This document shows, piece after piece, positions 44,017-51,691 of a DNA stretch of 54,140 bases. The DNA is from a virus (lineage: Duplodnaviria > Caudoviricetes), in IMG/VR virus record IMGVR_UViG_3300031954_000008, positions 1 through 54,140 of that record; one strand, 5' to 3'. Under the pieces are notes generated by a model. That model was not told where the DNA came from and did no database searches. It was given only the letters and a program-made list of their open reading frames with translations. Numbering within the stretch: the first letter of the stretch is position 1; the number at the start of each line of letters is the position of its first letter. The position numbers and the translations under genes were made by a program.

Positions 44017-44129
44017 GGGTGCCCTGGTGGATGTCAGGCTAGTCGTGGCCACGCTAAGCAGCCTTGGCCTGACATCCTCCAGGGTATGGCAACCCTGGTA
44101 AGAGAAGAACAACCGAAAGGGAAACTGAA
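44017..44129 (+). repeat. Hairpin + leader element, copy 8 (divergent)
   Basis: CCCTGG.GGATGTCAGGC / GCCTGACATCC.CCAGGG stem, then AACAACCGAAAGGG. Confidence 0.7.
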
Positions 44130-44372
44130 ATGGCAATTACTGCTGCCGAATTGAAGGTGCTGGGCGGGCCACTCGCGCCTGGCGCTTACGAGGTCTGGGC
44201 ATTCCTCATGAGGAATCAGAATGGAAGTGGCCTCACTGTCGACCACATCGCTCGTAAGCTCAAGCTAAACTATATGACGGTGTATCTCCGTCTAGGCGGG
44301 AGCATGGGCAACGGCTACGTTCAGCGCGATAACGGTAGGCCTGCAAAGTATTACGCGGTGGTGCCCTCGTGA
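44130..44372 (+). CDS. Winged helix-turn-helix DNA-binding protein
   Basis: LTVDHIARKLKL...TVY.RL...GYV...GRPAKY (TrmB-like wHTH). Confidence 0.7.
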   Translation: MAITAAELKVLGGPLAPGAYEVWAFLMRNQNGSGLTVDHIARKLKLNYMTVYLRLGGSMGNGYVQRDNGRPAKYYAVVPS

Positions 44373-44893
44373 GAATTACCATCACGCCGGAAGGCAACAT
44401 TGAGTTCGACGTTGACCTGGCGAACGGCCACATCGCAGAGGCCGCTGCGCTAATGCGGGCGGTCCAACAGGAGTACGCACCGGCGACTACTCCGCAGCCG
44501 GTAGCGCCGACACGAGAAGCCACGACGGTGGCGCGTAGGGAGAACGCCGAAGCGCGCCGTAAGGCTTTAGCTCTCGCGGAGCGGAAAGCCAACAGCCGGT
44601 ACTACCAACTCAAGGCTAGCCAGGGTGCACGTACGTCGCGGATTGTAGCGGAGACATACGATTACATCGCTAGCTACAAGAACGGCCGCACTACGGATCA
44701 GCTATGCGAGCACTTCCACACGGGCAAGGCTACGGTGTGGAGTCGTACCGCATCGCTGCTGAAGGATAAGCTGATTGTTCAACCGGGTGGTAAAGGTTCG
44801 CCATGGGTGGCGACCAACGCACCGTTGGTGCCGCCCATGGGAACTGAGCATCACCCGACTCCATCCGACATGCCCAAAAGGAAGCAATCGTGA
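44369..44893 (+). CDS. Helix-turn-helix DNA-binding protein
   Basis: C-terminal TTDQLCEHF...KATVWSR...L...LI pattern. Confidence 0.6.
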   Translation: MRITITPEGNIEFDVDLANGHIAEAAALMRAVQQEYAPATTPQPVAPTREATTVARRENAEARRKALALAERKANSRYYQLKASQGARTSRIVAETYDYIASYKNGRTTDQLCEHFHTGKATVWSRTASLLKDKLIVQPGGKGSPWVATNAPLVPPMGTEHHPTPSDMPKRKQS

Positions 44894-45213
44894 CTAAAGC
44901 GCCGAGTACCCAAGAGTGTTGCTGGTCCACCAGACCTGGTGAACACAACCCGAATTGCAAGAAAATGCTTGAGCGTGATGAGCGCCGAGCGATGCGTGAA
45001 AGCAAATCGTTGAAACACCAAGTAGCCCATGCGATCTTTGGGAAGCTTTGGACCATCGACAACGAGAAGTGGATTTGGCCATTCGGCGGTAAGCCAGAAG
45101 GCGTGATCCATGTTGACTTCCAACGTGTTTCGCCGTTAGAAGGGCAACTGCGCATCAAGACTAAGCACGACGGCACCCACTACATCAACATCAAGATCAG
45201 CGAGATGCTATGA
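44890..45213 (+). CDS. Hypothetical protein
   Basis: 107 aa with overlapping start/stop codons. Confidence 0.65.
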   Translation: MTKAPSTQECCWSTRPGEHNPNCKKMLERDERRAMRESKSLKHQVAHAIFGKLWTIDNEKWIWPFGGKPEGVIHVDFQRVSPLEGQLRIKTKHDGTHYINIKISEML

Positions 45214-45428
45214 GAGGTCTTGACGACTGGTTGACCCGTGAGCCGGAAGATACCGGCTTACTCCTGAGCGATAGGCGCATCAAAGCTAAACGGGCACATG
45301 TGTGTAACAGCTGCAAGCGTACCATCAACCCAGGCGAGAAGTACCGCCGGCAATTCGCTATCTTCGACGGAGAGCCGGTCACCTACAAGATGTGCTCCGA
45401 TTGCATCGCAAGGGAATACGATGCCTGA
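45210..45428 (+). CDS. Small zinc-finger protein
   Basis: KAKRAHVCNSC..I.PGEKY...C..C. Confidence 0.7.
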   Translation: MRGLDDWLTREPEDTGLLLSDRRIKAKRAHVCNSCKRTINPGEKYRRQFAIFDGEPVTYKMCSDCIAREYDA

Positions 45429-45555
45429 GTGCCCACACTGCCAACAAGAGATTGAGCCCTGTGCCCGTTGCGGCACGGGGTTCATTCACGTTGATACGCA
45501 ATACCATTCATGTGCAGACAAACAAACTTTCGCGCAGGAGACTACGAATGGCTGA
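45421..45555 (+). CDS. Small Cys-rich (zinc-ribbon) protein
   Basis: MPECPHC...CARC...; fills the gap and overlaps both neighbours. Confidence 0.55.
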   Translation: MPECPHCQQEIEPCARCGTGFIHVDTQYHSCADKQTFAQETTNG

Positions 45556-46741
45556 GTTGCCGTTGTTAAGGCAGAGCGAGAGAGCAGCTTTCAAACGCTG
45601 CCAGTGGGCGTGGTACCAGCAGTACGTTCGCGGCCTGGAGCCACTGATGCCAAGAGGCATGGAGCTAGCGGAGTTTGGGACGCTCGTCCACGTAGCTCTG
45701 GCTGGGTACTACCTACCTGGCCTAAAGCGCGGGCCGCATCCTGCCGAGACTTGGGAGCAACTAGCCAAGGACATGATCACCACCGTCAGGACGATGGAGG
45801 TACGCGACGATGAGCTGGTGGCCAAGTGGGAGGACTTCTACACGCTTGGCGCGGAATTGCTTGTCGCATATGTAAATCGGTACCAAGGTGACCCGCACTG
45901 GGACGTGCTAGACGCCGAGCGCCGGTTTGATGTCCTGATACCGGATGTGCGGGTGCCGCGTATGGAGTCGAAGAAGGGCAGGCGGGTTTACACACCAATC
46001 GTGAAATTGGTTGGAACGATTGACCTTTGCTACCGTGACCTCAACCAGGAGGACCCAAAGGGCAGGCCGCTCATCAAGATGGTGGACCACAAGACGATGA
46101 CGAAGATTGAAACCCGCCACCTAACGCTAGACGAGCAGCCGTCCACGTACATCGCCGTGGGCACGCATTCCCTTCAGCGCCAAGGACTTATCGAGAAGGA
46201 TCAAGTCATTGCCGGCATGGAGTGGAACATCATCAAGCGCGCCAAGCTCGACACTCGCCCACGCGACGTCAATAATCAGGCCCGTAACAATCCCCAAAAG
46301 CGCCACTACATAGACGCTCTCGTCACGCACTTGGACAGCGACTACGTGGAGAGCGACCGCGAAGGATTGATGAAGCTGAAAATGACTGACCTAGAAGCGA
46401 TTTGCGCTCAGCAGTGCGTTGGTCCGGTCTACGGCGACATCAGCGCAGACCAGAGCACAGACAACTTCCTGCGCTACTTTGTGCCGCGTACTCCGAAGGA
46501 ACGGCAGCGCCAGATCGTTCGCATCAGCGAAGAAGCGCGAGTGATGGCTGAGGTACGCGGCGGCAGGTTGCCTGTACTGAAGACTCCGACGAAGGACTGC
46601 CCGTGGTGTAAGTTCTTCGACCTGTGTGAGCTTGACGAAAGTGGAGGTGACACAGAGTATTTCATTGAGACTGCGATGAAGACATTCGATCCTTACGCGG
46701 ATCACCGTGAGGGTGCGGACAATAGCAAGAAGGTGAGGTGA
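45548..46741 (+). CDS. Cas4/RecB-like PD-(D/E)xK exonuclease
   Basis: SD AGGAG; S...FKRC, GTLVH, E, GTIDL, DHKT and C-terminal CPWC...C (four-Cys Fe-S type). Confidence 0.85.
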   Translation: MAELPLLRQSERAAFKRCQWAWYQQYVRGLEPLMPRGMELAEFGTLVHVALAGYYLPGLKRGPHPAETWEQLAKDMITTVRTMEVRDDELVAKWEDFYTLGAELLVAYVNRYQGDPHWDVLDAERRFDVLIPDVRVPRMESKKGRRVYTPIVKLVGTIDLCYRDLNQEDPKGRPLIKMVDHKTMTKIETRHLTLDEQPSTYIAVGTHSLQRQGLIEKDQVIAGMEWNIIKRAKLDTRPRDVNNQARNNPQKRHYIDALVTHLDSDYVESDREGLMKLKMTDLEAICAQQCVGPVYGDISADQSTDNFLRYFVPRTPKERQRQIVRISEEARVMAEVRGGRLPVLKTPTKDCPWCKFFDLCELDESGGDTEYFIETAMKTFDPYADHREGADNSKKVR

Positions 46742-46935
46742 TCAAAATTGTTGCCAGAGTTAAGGATCGTGGAATGGTCGAGTTAGACCGTTTCAAGACA
46801 AGGGTTTTGAGGCAGAAAGCATTGAAACGAGTGAAAGGCGTTGATGCAGACTGGATCCTAGCCAAAGTTGAGGAAATCGAAAGGTACGTTGTCCGAATGG
46901 ACGAAGCACCATACAAGGAACAGGAATTCATGTGA
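46738..46935 (+). CDS. Small hypothetical protein
   Basis: 65 aa; GTGA overlaps. Confidence 0.6.
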   Translation: MIKIVARVKDRGMVELDRFKTRVLRQKALKRVKGVDADWILAKVEEIERYVVRMDEAPYKEQEFM

Positions 46936-47867
46936 CAATGAAAGTGCAATTTCCTGACGAGATCATCTCGTTACAGGATGAGGATGAGTACGTCAACCTC
47001 ATGATCTACGCCGACAGCGGCGTGGGCAAGACCGTGTTCGCAGGGTCTGATGATGACGTGCTGTTCATCGCGCCGGAAGACAACGGCACGTTGAGCGCCA
47101 AGCGATTTGGCTCAACGGCGATGAAGTGGAAAATCCACACGTGGGCCGACATTCAAGATGCCTACAACTGGCTGCGCGAGCAAGACCCGATACCGTTCAA
47201 TTGGGTTGTGCTAGACAGCCTTACGGAAATGCAGCAGATGTGTATGCGGCATATCCTTGACCAAGGCGTTGAGCTAAATCCTGGTCGTGATCCTGACGTA
47301 CCGCAGCTTCAGGACTGGGTGCCGTATTACGAGAAGTTCCGGCGACTTGTCAAGAGCTTCAACGCTTTACCGTGTAACGTTCTCTACACCGCGCTCCAGA
47401 TGGAGGATGAGAACGAAGAAGGCGACAAGGTCGTGATCCCAATGCTCCAGGGCAAGGGCACGCAGTACGCCAAGGCGACGGCCAGCTGGATGACGAGCTT
47501 CGGCAACATGCGAGTTGTTCGGCGTAGGACGGGAACTGATGAAGACGGCCACGCGGTTTATGAGGAGTATCGCGTAATCCAGTGGCGCGGAAGCAAAACC
47601 GTCATGGCCAAGGACCGTACGCGGTGCTTGGAGCCGAAAACTGTTATACGAGAAGGCCATATTGGCAATCTCAAAGAGCTACGGGAACTGTTAGAAGCAG
47701 GACCGCAGCAGCCTGCGCCTGGGCGGGTTGTACCCAACAAGCGCAATCGCCGTAGCAACCGCAACGGTGAAAAGGAAAGTAACCCAATGAGTCTGGTGAA
47801 GGCAACGCAAGACTCTGTCGACGAGGCAGCCGACATGGTTGGGATTGAGGAGGAAACAGATGCCTAA
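46932..47867 (+). CDS. AAA ATPase, Sak4-like recombinase
   Basis: YADSGVGKT Walker A, VVLDSLTE Walker B and AKDR motif; lies between the exonuclease and SSB-like genes. Confidence 0.85.
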   Translation: MTMKVQFPDEIISLQDEDEYVNLMIYADSGVGKTVFAGSDDDVLFIAPEDNGTLSAKRFGSTAMKWKIHTWADIQDAYNWLREQDPIPFNWVVLDSLTEMQQMCMRHILDQGVELNPGRDPDVPQLQDWVPYYEKFRRLVKSFNALPCNVLYTALQMEDENEEGDKVVIPMLQGKGTQYAKATASWMTSFGNMRVVRRRTGTDEDGHAVYEEYRVIQWRGSKTVMAKDRTRCLEPKTVIREGHIGNLKELRELLEAGPQQPAPGRVVPNKRNRRSNRNGEKESNPMSLVKATQDSVDEAADMVGIEEETDA

Positions 47868-48606
47868 GATGAAGTGGGACATATCCGGTAAGGGTGTGCC
47901 GCCAAGCAAGGCCGGTGGGCTGGGCTACGATGGACCGGAACTGCCGAAAGGCAGCTGGCCCGCCAAGGTTAAGCGCATGGAGGTCATCAGGATTGCCTCC
48001 AACACCGTGAATAAGGGCAAGCCGCGTATCCGACTGCTCATGGAGGTTCAGACCGCAAACCTCAAGGGCAAAGAGGAATACCACGGTGCGCCGGTTTGGG
48101 ATGGGCTCAACATCATTGAGCAGTCCCAAGGTTTCGTCAACGCATTCCTTCACGCTCTGACGGACGGTTCTGAAAGAGCCAAGCGCGCAATCGAAGCCGT
48201 GTTCTGGGATGAGGACAAAGGCCCAGACTACAAGCGAGTTGAGAACAAGCGCGGTGATAAGGAAACCCACATCACCAAAATCGGTCGCGTTCCGATCAAT
48301 TCGCCCAACGGTGAAGTCATGATCCAAATCGTCACTCGCGCAGGCCAAGACCAGAACGGCAACTACCGTCCTGAAATTGCCGGCTACCTTCCGTATCTCG
48401 GCGAGAAGCCGAAAGCTGTTGAGCCGCAAGACGATGATGAAGATGACGACCTCATTGGTGACGAAGAAGACGATGAGGAGGACTACGAAGAAGATGAGGA
48501 CTACGAAGATGAAGAGGATGAAGGCGACGATGACGAAGACATCTCCGACGAGCAAGACGCCAAGGAGACAGCCAAGTCTGGCAGTCGCAAGCGTCCACCG
48601 TTCTGA
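47860..48606 (+). CDS. Single-stranded DNA-binding-like protein with an acidic tail
   Basis: Follows the Sak4-like gene; long D/E tail ending in PPF. Confidence 0.7.
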   Translation: MPKMKWDISGKGVPPSKAGGLGYDGPELPKGSWPAKVKRMEVIRIASNTVNKGKPRIRLLMEVQTANLKGKEEYHGAPVWDGLNIIEQSQGFVNAFLHALTDGSERAKRAIEAVFWDEDKGPDYKRVENKRGDKETHITKIGRVPINSPNGEVMIQIVTRAGQDQNGNYRPEIAGYLPYLGEKPKAVEPQDDDEDDDLIGDEEDDEEDYEEDEDYEDEEDEGDDDEDISDEQDAKETAKSGSRKRPPF

Positions 48607-48615
48607 TTCGTAATC

Positions 48616-48762
48616 ATGTCCGAGCGAAGCTGCCCGTGCGGTTGTCCTATGGTGTGGACGAAGCACGGGTGGCTTTGCCTCCATTGCGATTTGGGGAGAG
48701 AACTTGCCAAATTACGACAAAGACCTAATCCTGCGCCTGGACATGATTCCGGCGCTAGGTAG
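48616..48762 (+). CDS. Possible small zinc-ribbon protein (48 aa)
   Basis: CPCGC...WLCLHC; overlaps the next ORF by about 59 nt. Confidence 0.35.
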   Translation: MSERSCPCGCPMVWTKHGWLCLHCDLGRELAKLRQRPNPAPGHDSGAR

Positions 48763-48892
48763 TGCTCAGCTGTACATGTGTAACCCGTATATTGGTGGCT
48801 GCGGCTTAACCGACTGGGGCAACGACAGCACACCAAACCACGTTCGGTGGCGGAAGTACCACCGACGCAAATGCCACGGAGCAAAGCAATGA
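48704..48892 (+). CDS. Small hypothetical protein
   Basis: TTG start with GGGGAG SD; C...C...H...H..C; ATGA overlap with the next gene. Confidence 0.5.
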   Translation: MPNYDKDLILRLDMIPALGSAQLYMCNPYIGGCGLTDWGNDSTPNHVRWRKYHRRKCHGAKQ

Positions 48893-49743
48893 TAGCGATA
48901 TTAGGTTGCGGCCCAACAGGATTGCTGGCGGCGCACGCTTGCGCCCTAGCTGACGCTGACTTCCGCATATTCTCCAAGCGACGTAAGAGCCAACTGTACG
49001 GCTCCCAATACCTTCACGAGCCAATCCCAGGTGTGATCAAAGAGGATGAAGGCCGTCACGTTACGTACGTGAATGTTGGTACGCCAGAAGAGTATCGGCG
49101 CAAGACGCACGGCAAGTTCTGGGACGGTATCATTGCGCCAGAGGACTTTGAGACAGAGCACATGGCCTGGGACATCCGCGAAGCCTACCACCGACTGTGG
49201 CTGATGTACGGCGGGTGCGTGGAGGACTTCCAAATCCCAAGCCGCTTAATGGAAAACGGCAAGCCGGATTGGGCCAGAGAGCACCCATACCTCCACCTAC
49301 GGCACGAGCTAGACATTGAGTCTTTCGACTTGGTGATATCGACTGTGCCGCGCAATATGTGGGCGGTAAGCGATGATCAGTTCATCTACTCGCTAGGGTG
49401 GGCTATCGGTGACGCGCCAGAAAACGGAACATTCGTACCCTATGAGATAGACGATATGACGATTGAGTGTAACGGCAGCAAATTCGTTGCATACAACCGG
49501 CTTTCAAATGTGTTCGGGTACAAGACGGTTGAGTGGCCGGCATGGATGCGTGGTGTCGAGATCACAGCCATGACGGGCAAAGAGCCTAGCCGATTAGTTA
49601 AGCCGTTGCGGTACATACCATCTGGGATGAACTGCCCGTGGAATAGCTGGCTACATGTAGGCCGATACGGTCAATGGCAGAAGGGCATACTGACAACTGA
49701 CGCCTTCAAGGACGTCACGAAACGATTGGAGTACATGCGATGA
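48889..49743 (+). CDS. FAD/NAD-dependent oxidoreductase (UDP-galactopyranose mutase/PPO-like fold)
   Basis: IAILGCGPTGLLAA Rossmann motif; C-terminal GRYGQW. Confidence 0.78.
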   Translation: MIAILGCGPTGLLAAHACALADADFRIFSKRRKSQLYGSQYLHEPIPGVIKEDEGRHVTYVNVGTPEEYRRKTHGKFWDGIIAPEDFETEHMAWDIREAYHRLWLMYGGCVEDFQIPSRLMENGKPDWAREHPYLHLRHELDIESFDLVISTVPRNMWAVSDDQFIYSLGWAIGDAPENGTFVPYEIDDMTIECNGSKFVAYNRLSNVFGYKTVEWPAWMRGVEITAMTGKEPSRLVKPLRYIPSGMNCPWNSWLHVGRYGQWQKGILTTDAFKDVTKRLEYMR

Positions 49744-50282
49744 CTGATGATTACATGGCGAAGAAACTTGAAGAGCGCGGTTACCCCGGCTATCCAAGCA
49801 CATCGCAAGCAGACGTAATACGCGATCAAGCTGGGTTACGACCTACCGCTGAAGTCATGAGCGAAGTGATGAATGCCAACCCAGGAGTGCCCATGGAGGT
49901 TGAGCCAAATCCATTGCCATTACACGAGATTCGTGTGCGCGCTTGGGGTGAGCCGGATAACATCAACCATAGCTTGGGCCTGATCACGATTGAAATTGCT
50001 AACCCACCAACGGTACAATCAGAGCGCATTCTACTCTGCGTATTGCCAAAGGTGTTGGAGCTATTCCTCAATAAGAACAAGGATTACGGTGACGACTTCG
50101 ATGAGTTCAAACTAGGTGCTAAAGGTCAATTTGTTGACCTGTGGCGCAAGGTTGGTAAGCTGAAGAAGGCGTTGTGGGATGGCAAACCTCTTGTGGGAGA
50201 GCAGGTTCCAGAGATCATGATGGACTTAATTGGTCACCTTTTATTAGCCCTACTCGATCCTAAACAGGCTAAAAGGGACTAG
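49740..50282 (+). CDS. Nucleotide-modification-associated protein (DUF1599/Nmad1-like, MazG-like helical fold)
   Basis: F..KNKDYG...K..KL...DLIGH.LL motif. Confidence 0.65.
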   Translation: MTDDYMAKKLEERGYPGYPSTSQADVIRDQAGLRPTAEVMSEVMNANPGVPMEVEPNPLPLHEIRVRAWGEPDNINHSLGLITIEIANPPTVQSERILLCVLPKVLELFLNKNKDYGDDFDEFKLGAKGQFVDLWRKVGKLKKALWDGKPLVGEQVPEIMMDLIGHLLLALLDPKQAKRD

Positions 50283-50294
50283 GATTGACCCGTA

Positions 50295-50744
50295 ATGACG
50301 AACGTGAGTAAAGCTCCGATAAACACCGGAATCTATTGCGAGCCAATACTTTCAGATTATGAATCTGCAGTAGACTACCGCACTGGCGATGGGCAAGTAG
50401 TTGCTCATTCAGATAGGGTATGTGTCTATAAGGAGCGTGCTGGGCGAAAGGAACAGCCTGTACTTGATAGGCTTTGGGCTAGAACGGATGTCGTTAAACA
50501 TCCAAATTTTGATACTCCGTGTTGGCTATATGATGGTATAGACAAAATTCATAAGTATCAACAGATTTGGTATCACGGTAAATTTGTGCGAATACACAGG
50601 TTAGCGTTAATCTTAGATGGCGAAACTTTAACGCGAGGCATGACAGTTGATCATATGTGTGAACGTAAAAATTGTTGGAACACAGATCACTTAGAAGAAA
50701 TAACACCAGGCGATAACACCCGCCGTTATCATCGTGGGAGGTGA
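50295..50744 (+). CDS. Free-standing HNH homing endonuclease
   Basis: CWLY...HRLA...VDHMCERKNCWNTDHLE...N motif; AT-rich relative to its flanks. Confidence 0.88.
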   Translation: MTNVSKAPINTGIYCEPILSDYESAVDYRTGDGQVVAHSDRVCVYKERAGRKEQPVLDRLWARTDVVKHPNFDTPCWLYDGIDKIHKYQQIWYHGKFVRIHRLALILDGETLTRGMTVDHMCERKNCWNTDHLEEITPGDNTRRYHRGR

Positions 50745-50749
50745 TATAA

Positions 50750-50878
50750 ATGGATTATGTTTCGTTACACCACCATTCGACTTTTTCATATGGAGATGGT
50801 TATGGTTTGCCTGAAGAACATGTTGAGCGTTGTGCAACGCTTGGTATGAAAGCTATGGCGTTGACGGAACATGGTTGA
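50750..50878 (+). CDS. dnaE: DnaE PHP domain, first 42 residues (ends at an in-frame TGA)
   Basis: MDYVSLHHHSTFSYGDG...AMALTEHG*; strong SD GGAGGTGA; same frame as the ORF at 50885. Confidence 0.85.
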   Translation: MDYVSLHHHSTFSYGDGYGLPEEHVERCATLGMKAMALTEHG

Positions 50879-51691
50879 GGTAACGTGTCGAGCCATGTAC
50901 AGCTTGAGAAGGCGTGTACCAAGTTTGGCATCAAACCGCTGTTCGGCCTTGAGGGTTACGTTGCCCCGCCCAACGAGCGCAGGAAGTGCCATCAGACCAT
51001 CCTAGCCATGACGCAGGCTGGTTATTCAAACCTGAACAAGTTAGTCGTTGAGTCGTGGAAAACCATTGGGAGAACCAGCAAGACACGGTTTCCGACGATT
51101 CACGTTGAGATGCTTGAGGAGTTTAGTGACGGACTCATTGTACTCTCTGGATGTTCTGATTCGGTGCTTGCCTGCACGCTCTTTGGTGGAAAGTCTTACG
51201 GTGCACCAGGATTCAGATTCGACCCAGAGCAATATCGGCGTGCCCTTGGGGTCGTGGAATGGTACCAAGAGGTATTTGGCGACAGGTACTACCTTGAAAC
51301 TCAGCGCTTTCCTGCGCTGCGTCGAACTTGTAAGATCAATCAGGCCTACGAGCGCATTTCCAGAGACACCGGAGCACAACTTGCTGCGACGAGCGACTGT
51401 CATTATGTCTATGCTAGAGACAACGAGATGCAGAAGGTTCTTCATGCGGCTCACCGTGGTTCTAGCGTATCCGCCACAGAAGCGGCTTGGGAGTACAACG
51501 TAACACTAGACATACCAGAGAGCGACGAGCGCGTGTACCAAGACCTTTTGGGCACGGGGTTAACGGAAGATGGTGCGTTACAAGCACTCTCGAACACCGG
51601 GGTGATAGCTGATCGTTGTGACGTGAAGCTCGCAAAGGTAGAACCGCTGCGGTATCCAATTGAGGGGAAGGACTGGCTACCGTGGTCGTAA
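50879..51691 (+). CDS. dnaE: DnaE PHP domain, remainder
   Basis: GNV...GIKPLFGLEGY...H...GYSNL...LSGC...YYLE.Q...ATSDCHY...IADRC. Confidence 0.88.
   Translation, partial: GNVSSHVQLEKACTKFGIKPLFGLEGYVAPPNERRKCHQTILAMTQAGYSNLNKLVVESWKTIGRTSKTRFPTIHVEMLEEFSDGLIVLSGCSDSVLACTLFGGKSYGAPGFRFDPEQYRRALGVVEWYQEVFGDRYYLETQRFPALRRTCKINQAYERISRDTGAQLAATSDCHYVYARDNEMQKVLHAAHRGSSVSATEAAWEYNVTLDIPESDERVYQDLLGTGLTEDGALQALSNTGVIADRCDVKLAKVEPLRYPIEGKDWLPWS

Noticed and set aside
43960-44035. Possible tRNA
   Set aside because: No T-loop GTTC motif, D-loop or cloverleaf spacing.
35318-44129. Leader repeats as a CRISPR array or integron attC cassette array
   Set aside because: The spacing is whole genes of variable length. 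No cas operon or integron integrase is present, there are no GTTRRRY core sites, and the G-U-rich stems indicate RNA structure.
45548-46741. Cas4 as evidence of a CRISPR system
   Set aside because: It is a stand-alone phage exonuclease in the usual exonuclease-Sak4-SSB recombination module.
47671-48684. 337-aa minus-strand ORF with a hydrophobic stretch
   Set aside because: Antisense shadow of the D/E-rich tail of the SSB-like gene.
50295-50890. Group I intron or intein in dnaE
   Set aside because: The HNH lies upstream of the dnaE start, the interruption is only 6 nt, and no intron core or intein terminal motifs are visible.
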